Positions 12,598-22,953 of a stretch of 64,000 nucleotides of DNA are shown here, piece by piece. A model generated the notes under the pieces. That model was not told where the DNA came from. It worked only from the letters and a program-made list of their open reading frames with translations, and made no database searches. The position numbers and the translations under genes were made by a program. This stretch comes from Octopus sinensis (lineage: Eukaryota), in assembly GCF_006345805.1 (NCBI RefSeq), contig NC_043009.1, positions 37,200,001 to 37,264,000 on the forward strand, in the 5' to 3' direction. How positions within the stretch are numbered: the stretch's first letter is position 1; the number at the start of each line of letters is the position of its first letter.

Positions 12598-12761
12598 ATC
12601 TGGTGTACCTTTCAACTGCAAACAGTTTTCATCACCCTCTTTCCATTCTTATGCTTAACAATGGTAAACCAGTTCTGTGTGAGAAAACCTGTGCTTGTAA
12701 CACGAAGCAGACACAAGAAATGATTGAACTTGCAAAGTCAAAGAAATTATTTTTCATGGAG
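12598..12761 (+). CDS. DHDH: DHDH-like paralog B exon 3
   Basis: cttag|(D)LVYLSTANSFHHPLSILMLNNGKPVLCEKTCACNTKQTQEMIELAKSKKLFFME|gtatgt; GKPVLCEK and LFFME family motifs; phase consistent with exon 2. Confidence 0.95.
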
Positions 12762-13305
12762 GTATGTCTTTTAATACTAAAATAGTGTATGTTGGTACGA
12801 TGTTGTTCTCTCTCCCTATATAATCCCTAATGAAGAAGACCCACAATCAAAATCTTTCCAGTCATAACCATCACGTCTTTTGATGGTTGTATTTGTTTAT
12901 GTAATACATTACCTGATATATCTTTCCTATCATAAGACCCTAGTGTAATTTAGTTTCTTTTTCTAGCAGACTGAGTAACTATGTAAAACAATGGTTCTCT
13001 GCTATTTTCCCCACATGCATTCTTTTCGCCATATTTCAAAATTCCACTTGCCACTTTGCAAATATTCTAAGTCAAAAATGTCATTCCTAATATGCTTATA
13101 ATAGTGAAAAATCGTTCTTTTTTTCAGAAGTATATACACATTAATTGAATTATTTCTGTGACTGAGTTTTTCAAATTTTACAGCTATAGAAAATGTTGAA
13201 ATTCAAATCTCAAAAAAAAAATAGGGTTTTTTTTTTTTGTCAAATACATAATTAATTTTCTTGAAGTGTATTTCAGTAAACAAAATGTTTAATAGTATCG
13301 TAGTG

Positions 13306-13506
13306 CAGTGGTTTTCAACCAGGGTTCCGCCAGCACAGTGCAGGGGTTCCGCAAGAAGTTACAAAAATGCTAAAATCGGCAGTAATTTTTAATTCTCCTG
13401 TGCAGATATGTGTGCATAAGACCATTAAATTATTGCACAGGGGTTCCTCGAGCCAATGGAATGTTTCCTTGGGGTTCCGCTCCAGCAAAAAGTTTGAAAA
13501 GCACTG
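13306..13506. mobile_element. hAT (Charlie-type) MITE, 201 bp
   Basis: TIRs CAGTGGTTTTCAA / TTGAAAAGCACTG; perfect 8-bp TSD TCGTAGTG (13298-13305, 13507-13514). Confidence 0.9.
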
Positions 13507-14624
13507 TCGTAGTGTATTATAGAACTTTATATATCAATTTATCATAAGATTAGTCTCTAAGAAACCTGTATCTGTTTATTTTATTTTCCCTTTTTCAATT
13601 GTAGTATAGATTGGAGGAATGCTTAAAAGGGAACAATGCATTCATTTTTTCTTTCCAGTTTACTTAATTTTTCATTCGAAACGGGGTTTAAAATCGTTGT
13701 TGACACGAATTAAAGCTACTCATTATATTGTTCTTTGTGTCACTGTCAGATAGGAGTCACACGTCAAGGACCAAAAGGTGGGGGATAGTGTTTTTTGTAT
13801 TGGTTTTGGCGTTGGTGGTGGTGTGGATGATGATAGACGTTTTTGGTGGTCGTCGTCGTATTGTTCTTGTTAAGTGTATTGTCGTCGTTTAATCTCGAGT
13901 CAGTTATTGATCGAAGATCAAAAAACATATCCTTGAACTTCTAAAGTACACTGGTACAACATTATCTCACGTGATTACCTTTTATTTTAGATGAAGTCGT
14001 TTATGTTGTTCATACGATTGTTGCTATTGTCGCCGATTATTAAGGAGTCGGTGGGTTGGTAATAGTAGAAGTTGTAAACGGACTTGATGCAATTTTTAAA
14101 TACTTAAAATTTATCCGACTTTCCGGAGCGGTGAAATTACAGAGCATATTCCCAAGTCAGTGGTTATGCTTCATAATTTCCGTATATGCGAATTTCCGAA
14201 ACCTGAGATTGTCGTAACACGGAGGATGTCTTTATATATTTAGTATAAACATGCGTTATCAATTTTTTAAAAAAATTGATAAGTGTGTTGAAAAGCTTTA
14301 CGTCTTCTTGCTCTGTTATATTGTGCATGGATGTCGACTCCATCATGAGTTGGAGTCGGCAACGATGTCGAAAGGCCGTACAGCAGACTCGATAGGCACA
14401 AAGATGAGGGAGATAGTAGTAAAATATTAAAGATCACAACTCGGGGATGTGTTTGTTTTAATGACTTTTTCCTACTTTTATTTAAATATATCTCATGATG
14501 TATTTCTTCCTACCTTAGTTTATATGTTCCTATCGTGTCTTTCTTTCTGCCTTACCCTTCGTTTTCATTTCTGACTTTATCTATATTTCTTTATAGTTTT
14601 GCTTTCGCGTTGTCATTCTTTCAG

Positions 14625-14874
14625 GCTTTGTGGTCCAACTTCTTCCCAGCTTACAAAGCCCTTAGAGAAATCATTGACTCTGGAACCATAGGAAAAATAC
14701 GCTACGTAGATGCAGCTCACTTTTACGACTTATTTTCACGTGATTTTGTATCACAGAAGTCTTTGGGTGGAGGAGGTCTCTTGTGTACTGCTGTGTATGT
14801 AATATGGCTTGCAAGATTTGTATTTAAACAGGATCCCGAAACTATTACTGCTGTTGGAACGATTGCTGACACAG
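14625..14874 (+). CDS. DHDH: DHDH-like paralog B exon 4
   Basis: ttcag|ALWSNFFPAY...SLGGGGLLCTAVYVIW...TIADT+G|gtaatt; 250 nt. Confidence 0.95.
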
Positions 14875-15948
14875 GTAATTATATAATTAATAAAATTGTA
14901 ATGTTTCTTGTGTACCTCCTTTATTGCTTTTGATAATTTTACGATCACAATTCTATCCTCTTTACTCTCTTTAATTGAGTATCCGTATTCCTTGACGAGT
15001 GGGATTTCGTATGTGTAGATGCTTAAGAAAACAAACCTACACATCCATAACACATCTCTCACATAACTGAGTAAGCAAGTATAACTAAAATAAACGTAAG
15101 TCATTATTTTGAAAGGATCTCAAAGTTAATAGAAGAAATAAGTATCATTCAAGGAATCATCTTCGTTTGAGTTTATAATACTGAGTCCCTGTACTCTTAA
15201 ATAATTTCTCATCATTGAACAATAAATACATATTAATAATTAAAGAGAAAGTGAAACACAACTTTAGTTTTAAAAAATCAGAGAAAAATGTCGGCATATT
15301 CTCAATAAAGTTATTATACTTTTAGAGAGTGTTAAATAAAGGAAGATTTGCATTGTTGTAGAATTATAGAGCCTTTTAAATTTTACGATGCTGTTATATT
15401 TACCTTTGTTAATTTTTGCAATAACATCAAAAACATTCGTTATACATCTGACACAGCGAAATAGAGTGGAGGAATATATTATCTCTGGCCAGGCTAAATT
15501 TCCTTCTACGACGTAGATGAGTTTCAACACATAATATTCTTTGCTAAATTACAATTATTTCTCAATAACGAAATAGTTGAGAAAAATTACTTTTGAAGCC
15601 AACGAAGAAACCTCCTATACTATCACTCGACCTGTAACAAATGACAGCTTCTTCAAATCACATCTTGCAAACTAAACGGGTTCATTTGATAATAATATAG
15701 TCCTAGATATATTATGGCAGTAAAAAAAAACAGTATAGTCATAATTTGTATGCTTTCCATCATACATCTGTACAACTACAGCTCGAAAACCAACTTTCAA
15801 ATGAGAGACAGAGTTGAGAAGGCTGTAGAACTGAGAGAAAGAGCGTGATATGATAAAATAAACTGTTTTCCCTTAAAGTGTAAGCTCGTATATGTTTGAA
15901 TTGAGCCATCCCAAATCTGAGCCATTTAAACTATTTTCATTTCCTCTG

Positions 15949-16331
15949 TGGAAGCACTCCGTCGGTTACGACGATGAGGGTTCCGGTTGATCCGATCAAC
16001 GGAACAGCCTGCTCGTGAAATTAACGTGTAAGTGGCTGAGCACTCCACAGACACGTGTACCCTTAACGTAGTTCTCGGGGATATTCAGCGTGACACAGAG
16101 AGTGACAAGGCCGGCCCTTTGAAATACAGGTACAACAGAAACAGGAAGTAAGATTGAGAGAAAGTTGCGGTGAAAGAGTACAGCAGGGATCACCACCATG
16201 CCCTGCCGGAGCCTTGTGGAGCTTTAGGTGTTTTCGCTCAATAAACACTCACAACGCCCGGTCTGGGAATCGAAACCGCGATCCTACGACCGCGAGTCCG
16301 CTGCCCTAACCACTGGGCCATTGCGCCTCCA
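15949..16331 (-). mobile_element. SINE type A in DHDH-B intron 4
   Basis: TSD CATTTCcTCTGT / CATTTCgTCTGT. Confidence 0.92.
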
Positions 16332-16935
16332 CCATTTCGTCTGTACCCAAGTCATATCCTCTCTGATTTACGTGTACACATGTTAGAAACATCCTATCAT
16401 GCACTGAGGTGATTTGACTCAAACGTGTTTAATTCTACATCATATCACACAGCATATAATGAAGTCTCTTAACTGTACATCTCCATAGATAGTCTGACTG
16501 TAAGATTTGTTTATATATGCATAATTCATTACTGAGAAGGTTTATATCAGTGGCACCATGTGTTAGATTGAATTAAATTGTAAATGAATACAGAAGAGCC
16601 GTGTGTTGGTATCAAAAGGAAAACCCGAGGTTTGGATGGCCTTTATCATTTTTGGTGAAGATTCCCCTCCTTGCATTAAACCTCTCCTTAAACCTCTACA
16701 TCATCTCATGGTACACCAACGTATACAACTTATGCTTCTAGATCAAAGTTTGACTCTATTGAGTGTTAAAAAATGAAATGTTAAAGGATTGAGACGTCTA
16801 TAGAGATCAGTTGTATTGCAAGGCCATGCAAACTTGAGGGAAAAGTTTGATGATGGCTATGGTGATTTGTATGGCATGATTGCTTTTATGAGTAATAATG
16901 AAATATAAGAAATGTTGTTGTTTCGTTTGGAAAAG

Positions 16936-17060
16936 GTGTCGACCAATCTGGCAATATTATTCTGACTTATAAGGATGGTGCCAGGGCCTCTTTGTCTTAT
17001 AGCGTTGCTGTGAATGGAAGACGTGATGCATATATTTATGGAACCAAAGGCAAAATTTAT
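16936..17060 (+). CDS. DHDH: DHDH-like paralog B exon 5
   Basis: aaaag|(G)VDQSGNIILTYKDGARASLSYSVAVNGRRDAYIYGTKGKIY|gtaagt; 125 nt; matches DHDH GVDD...GTKG. Confidence 0.92.
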
Positions 17061-17303
17061 GTAAGTAACCTTTAATTTAACGATATTTTAGCGTTAAATT
17101 TGTTAATCTAGAATTTAAATTTACCTACTATTATAACCATTATTTACATTTAAAAGGTAAGATATATCATTTATATAAGACTTGTACTACATCTAACATT
17201 TATTAAATATAGTTATCGATTAATCTATTGTACTAAGTCTAAAATTTATTACAAGAAAATTAAACTACCTGAATGTATTTACTATATGTTCCTGTTTTAA
17301 AAG

Positions 17304-17454
17304 ATACATCCACCATTTTGGAGTGCCAGCAAAATTGAGGTGAATGGAGAAGAAAGAGAATTTCCACCCCCCAAGTCTGATGCGAAGTATAATTACCCCA
17401 ATAGCGCTGGATTAGCTTATGAGGCCGAAGATGTCCGTCTGTGTTTTGAGAAGG
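17304..17454 (+). CDS. DHDH: DHDH-like paralog B exon 6
   Basis: aaaag|IHPPFWSASKIEVNGEEREFPPPKSDAKYNYPNSAGLAYEAEDVRLCFEK+G|gtaagt; 151 nt. Confidence 0.93.
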
Positions 17455-18289
17455 GTAAGTGTTTCATAATTCTTGTTTCTTTTATACTGTGAATACTATC
17501 ACATATCTAGATATCGTTCTGACGAAACCTAGAGAAATACCCAAGTACTTCAATTTCATCTACCTATTACCTCAGTCTACTTGAGTAATAAAGGTAGAAT
17601 GAGGTATTTTTACCTCTTGGCTGAAACAGCTGTAAGTTATTTTCCCAATTTATATTCTTGTATGTTATTTTGTAATAATTACTGATATCCTTATATATTA
17701 ATATATTTTATATCTTATATGTAAAGCATAATATGTTATACATGTATGTATATTCTTTTAATTGTCGGTTTAGTAAATAAATAAATAAGTTAACATAATA
17801 TAATGGCTAAAAGTTGATGAACCACCTATTGATCCCCTCCACTTTCTTATTGCTATATAAATTAATGGTAACGTATCTCTTTACCTTCACCCATTTAGTA
17901 CACTAAATAATGTAATTGCAATGCAATAAAAAACACTTGTGTATTAATAATTGGGTATTCTACCAGCAGTATATTTGATAGATATTATCCCTTAGTGGGT
18001 TGGATTCACAACCTCTAACTTTCTTGGAGTTATATATATATTTATATATATATATATATATAGCATGTGGGTGTGAGCAGGGAAAAGAAACTGCTGTTGC
18101 CGTGCTTCTCCCTTCATTAGCTATTACTATAATCTTCATAACCACGGATAGGAACAGAACAATCAGTGAAGAAGTCAGTGGTCACAATCTTTGTACAGCT
18201 AGAAATATTTAGCTGGACGTGGGCATGGCTCTGTGGTTAAAAAGTTCACTTTGTAACCACGAAGTACAAGTTCAATAACGGGAGTATCT

Positions 18290-19145
18290 TCTCTCTATGC
18301 TTATGATGACGAACATCTTCGTAGTGAAATTTAGAGACAAGGTGTGGAAACTTATTTCCATCACTGTACATAGTTTTCCTTCCACGTCCCAAATCACTAT
18401 GTCTGGTCTATTATGCTTACATCTTGTTGAGATTTTTCTTCCGACGGATCACCTTATACAATATTTTGGCAACAATATAATGTCTTGTATGTAGATACTA
18501 ACACGAAGACATTTTTGGATATCTGCTTGTGATGTAGTTGTGGAGGCGCAATGGCCTAGTGGTTAGGGCAGCGGACTCGCGGTCGTAGGATCGCGGTTTC
18601 GATTCCCAGACCGGGCGTTGTGAGTGTTTATTGAGCGAAAGCACCTAAAAGCTCCACGAGGCTCCGGCAGGGCATGGTGGTGATCCCTGCTGTACTCTTT
18701 CACCACAACTTTCTCTCACTCTTACTTCCTGTTTCTGTTGTACCTGTATTTCAAAGGGCCGGCCTTGTCATTCTCTGTGTCACGTTGAATATCCACGAGA
18801 ACTGCGTTAAGGGTACACGTGTCTGTGGAGTACTCAGCCACTTACACGTTAATTTCACGAGCAGGCTGTTCCGTTGATCGGATCAACCGGAACCCTCGTC
18901 GTCGTAACCGACGGAGTGCTTCCAGTCCAGCGATGTAGGTGATATCTTCGGTATTAACTCGACAAAGTCTGCATCGGTTGTCACATTTTGGTGTATTACA
19001 TGCGTTTCTGTCTGTTTCATGCATCAAGAATTTAGTTGCTATTTCCTGTTCCTGGATAGCAAACGTATGCCCTTCAAAATGAGTTAGTGATCCTGTTGTT
19101 GTTCCGCGATAGTCTGCTTTGATATCAGTTAAAGTGATGAAGATA
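18290..19145 (-). mobile_element. REL-endonuclease LINE fragment (R4/Dong-like), interrupted by a type A SINE
   Basis: HFEGHTFAIQEQEI, CRLCRVNTEDITYI zinc knuckle; reading continues across the SINE into HNRPDIVIWD..KLCTVMEIS (PD-D-E REL motif). Confidence 0.8.
18541..18924 (+). mobile_element. SINE type A
   Basis: Full head and tail; ~10-bp TSD GATGTAGtTG / GATGTAGgTG. Confidence 0.92.
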
Positions 19146-19686
19146 CACACACTCTCTCTCTCTCTCTCTCTCTCTCATGCATAAATAAAGTCAGTGGAAT
19201 TATCTCCCCTACATGCTTTTAGAAGTTAGACCCTACTATCTGTCATCCCCCCACCAGAAACCCCCAGAGATCATCTCTGTCTCGGATATTTTCAGTTTAT
19301 TTTACAAGTCTTCACAGACACAAAAAACCCACCTGAATGTTGTGCGCGCGCACTTCACTTATGTATCTTGAAGAAAACTTGTAAAGAAACTAGAAACAGT
19401 GCTTTCTTTGAGCAAGTCTTTTGCAATATTGGCCCAGAATCCAGTCACATCGATCAATGCTTCATTGGATTCCCTACTTTGCAGTTAAGTGGTGAGCTGT
19501 AGGAAGATAATTTCTCTTTCCAAAACATTATCTACCAATGCAAACATGAGAAAATATGTCAACACTTAAAAAAAATATTTCCTTCTGACATAAATAAACA
19601 TTGAATTTATCTTCCTCTGTATCAAAATATTAAGGTTTTTTTGTAATTCCTTTTTACATTTGTTTTTTTTCTTTCTGTTTCTAAAG

Positions 19687-19790
19687 GTCAGCTGGAATGT
19701 CCTGCTCACACTCATTCTGATACTTTGTCAATTATAAAAGTTATTGACGAGGTTCGACGACAACTCGAAGAGACGCATCAGAAAAATTAA
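19687..19790 (+). CDS. DHDH: DHDH-like paralog B exon 7 (terminal, TAA)
   Basis: ctaaag|(G)QLECPAHTHSDTLSIIKVIDEVRRQLEETHQKN*; the joined CDS gives an uninterrupted 329-aa protein. Confidence 0.92.
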
Positions 19791-19882
19791 GGTCTTTATA
19801 CGGAGGAAGAAAAAGAAAATATAGCTATAAGAGAATAGAGCGTTTACTTACAATTATTGATAATCTAGATTATACATACATG

Positions 19883-19970
19883 CAGAAGTTTATCATTTAG
19901 ATATAAATGAGTATGTCTAAATATGCTACTATATGCATGAGAATACATACATAAAACAAAACCTACGAAT
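19883..19970 (+). mobile_element. 3' UTR fragment of the REL LINE family
   Basis: CAGAAGTTTATCATTTAG...CTATATGCATGAGAATACA..CATAAAACAAAAC matches the reverse complement of 44995-45082. Confidence 0.7.
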
Positions 19971-19989
19971 TCAGTTTCGAATCTAAGCT

Positions 19990-20890
19990 CGGAGAAGGAA
20001 GTGTTAATTTTTACAAGCTGATGTGAAATGTTTTCGCTTTGACGTACTATAGCACGGGCTCTTTTCCAAGTAAGCTTTAATTCGTCTTCCGAAAGCAATT
20101 TAGAATGGGCAGTCTCATCACGAATACCGGAAATCAAACATTGCAAAGCCATTTCGTTTTCAAACATTTTCAGAGGAATCAGATTGTATTCACACTCAGG
20201 TAAAGCTTGTTGTATTCTGGCAATGAAATCATTGCAATCTTTTTCAAGTTTCTAATTTAGTTTTGTAAAACAGAAACGTGCTGTGTACACATTTTTTGCA
20301 GGTCCCCAAAGTTCATTCAGTAAACCAGCACTTTAGTTAATGTCGCAGATTCCGTAATTCTTAATACGTCAAAGTGTCTTTGTTCTTCCTTCACGAGAAA
20401 TTGGCGTAATAACTTTATTTTGTGATATTCTGATAAATTAATGGTTGGTTGTAGTACCGGAAGTACTTCTAAATAATCCAAATAATCCAGCGATTCCGTA
20501 TAGCGGGGAATGGTTTGTCTGAAGTAATACTCCAGTTGTGTGGGTAAAGACAGCATAGCACACATGTCTGTCCTCGGCGCCAGTTAATAAGTACCAGTCA
20601 TATTCCGGTAATATGTAATTCAGGTCATAGCCTAATGAAAACAGAATACCGAACGCCTGCTGTAAATAAGACCGGCTTTAAAAAATATCCTTTCTTTACT
20701 GGGTTCTCATAAGAGGCGTCTACATCATTCTGACAGTCTTCAAAACATTTATTGTTGCAAAACAATTTACAGCAGGTTTTATAGATAGGAAAAGAACCAA
20801 TCAGAATTAACCATCATGCACACACATACACGCTCCCGCACGATAGACTGAATGACACATAACAGATAATCGTTAGTTCAAGTTGTAACA
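19990..20890 (-). mobile_element. Decayed Gypsy (Mag-like) LTR retrotransposon 5' end: LTR, PBS, gag remnant
   Basis: LTR-like 20890-20590 starts TGTTACA and has CCAAT, TATAAAA and AATAAA. PBS-like TGGCGCCGAGGA at ~20571-20582, followed by an ATG. gag-like reads FIARIQQALPECEY, QCLISGIRDETAHSKLLSEDELKLTWKRA. Confidence 0.6.
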
Positions 20891-21574
20891 TAAAGTAAAA
20901 GAGAAACGTAAGGAAACTAGATACCATTGTTCTCAATGTGATATGTCACAGCGTGTGGTACCGTTTTGATTTCTACCATACGGAAGTTAAATTTGTAATT
21001 CACGTGATTGTAAATACATGAAGTTGGTCTGACTTGTGATATCGAGTGATCTTATTCAGGAAAAATACTGCATGAGCGTCCTGCACAGAGATATAATTTA
21101 GGTAAATAAACAGTAATTGCACTAAAGCGGTTGACGTAAATATACGCCGAACGTTACCTCGTACCGAGTGCTGATCACAATCGGCGAGATTATCGTTGCC
21201 GCGCGGTTGATGTAAATATACGCCGAACCATTGTCGTGCGCTAATTGATGATCTCAACCGAGATGATTACCGTCAATGCAACCTTGTTGCTTGATTTTTT
21301 AAAAAAAACCGTTGTCATGAGGTTCACCACTTTAAAATTCTGATTGCCAAACAGTTCTTGAAAACAAACGACACAATTGCCTTTTAACTTCCGTCTTACT
21401 TTAGTATTGTACAAAAAGCTTCACATCTTCATTATTAAGATACTGTTCACAGAGTATTCAATTAGATAGGGAACTCAATTTTTGTTTGTTTACCTTCTTG
21501 ATAATAAACTCCAATAAAATCTTCGAGCGCGTTGTTGATATTAAACTGATAAAAGAAAGTTTTAAAACAAATGA

Positions 21575-21645
21575 GAAATCTTTGAATCTGCCTACCATTG
21601 CAGGCGCACCATCAGATGTGTAGGCAACAACAATACGTTTCACAT
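21575..21645 (-). mobile_element. hAT transposase micro-fragment
   Basis: AYTSDGAPAMVG matches the TDGAPAMVG catalytic motif of Charlie/SPIN-type hAT transposases. Confidence 0.6.
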
Positions 21646-21659
21646 TGTTTTAAATAGGA

Positions 21660-22490
21660 TTTCGACCGTGCTTAACTACCTTACTATAGATACATGCTAG
21701 ATATCCTACCATACATCCCGAAAGGTCCTTTCCACTTGAATGCTCGTGGCCATCTTCAGACAACGAATTATTAAAGCCACACAGCGATAATTTCAGTTAG
21801 AATTTCAGCCGAGGGTGCGATAACTGCTTTCCTTCCCTAAATTTTCTTAAATCGTGCGCCATCCTTTAGCTTGGCCCGCTTGTCTTCGAGCGAGAAGCTC
21901 TATATCGCCCTATAGGATGCCACTTCTGCGAAGGAGATCATGCCAAGGGTACTGCCGGGGCTATTTTTTCTATTTTGTTGCTATTGATTTTTCCTTTATC
22001 ACTTGCACTGCTTCCGTAGTTATTATTGTTATTGGAATTGCTGTTGCTGTTGATGTTGTTGTTGCTGTTGTTAAGCAACAAAACGGGTAAGGGTGATTAG
22101 GTGATGGTCTAGAGCTTAGGGGCGGGAGACCCCAGACCTTGGAAAACAAAAAACTTTGATCGTCTTGTTGTAGTCGAGGTCTCTTCGTTGACGCCCGACA
22201 CCACTGGGAGGTGGCCCTCGAAGTCGCTGGAAATGGAAATCTCCAGGTCCAAATTCTTGAACGGCCTGCTGTTGCTGCCGTTACGGTCAATGATGATATT
22301 GACTCATTGACTGCTGCTTTTACAACTGTTGCTGCCGTTGTTGTATCTTTTATTAATGTTGTCCAAGTTGCTACTCTGTCGTTCTTCGCATTGCCAGTAG
22401 TGTTTTTAGACATTGTACCTTCAACTAAGAAACGTCCTCCTCTTTGGAGGGGAGAGTGAAGTATGGAAAACCTCAACGCATGTCGTACTT
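21660..22490 (-). mobile_element. Probable decayed LINE ORF1 (5' region)
   Basis: GC-richer block with Thr/Asn/Gln low-complexity reading frames and an SFAEVAS motif; several stops. Family assignment is weak. Confidence 0.35.
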
Positions 22491-22739
22491 ATCTCCTATC
22501 TCCTCCAAGCTCGCTGAGGGAGATACGAGATAAAATTACTTTCAAAACAAAATCTGAAATTTCTTTCAGCAAATTTGAGTCTCAGAAGGGCAATAAATAA
22601 AGAAACCAACAACCAACTACTTGGAATTTTGATTGTCTTAATAAAACGGTATGTAACAAAAAATTTTAAATGACTGTTCAAGATATATAAAACATGGCCG
22701 ATCCAAAGTGTGTCATGCCGATACGAACATAATAACAAT

Positions 22740-22953
22740 AGTTTCAAATTTTGCCACAAGGGCAGCCATTTTGGGGGAAAGGATAAGTCGATTACATCAA
22801 TCTCCATTGTTTCACTGGTACCTAATTTATCGACTCAGAAAGGATGAAAGGTAAAGTCGACCTCGACGGAATTGAGCTTAGAACGTAGTGACGGGCGAAA
22901 TACCATTAAAGCATTTTGTACGGTGCGCTAATGATTTTGCCATCTCACCACCT
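22740..22953 (-). mobile_element. SINE type C
   Basis: GGATGAAAGGTAAAGTCGACCTCG core. Confidence 0.8.

Noticed and set aside
18541-18615. tRNA genes at SINE heads
   Set aside because: A/B-box-like heads continue into SINE bodies with TSDs, have no closed acceptor stem and no poly-T terminator.
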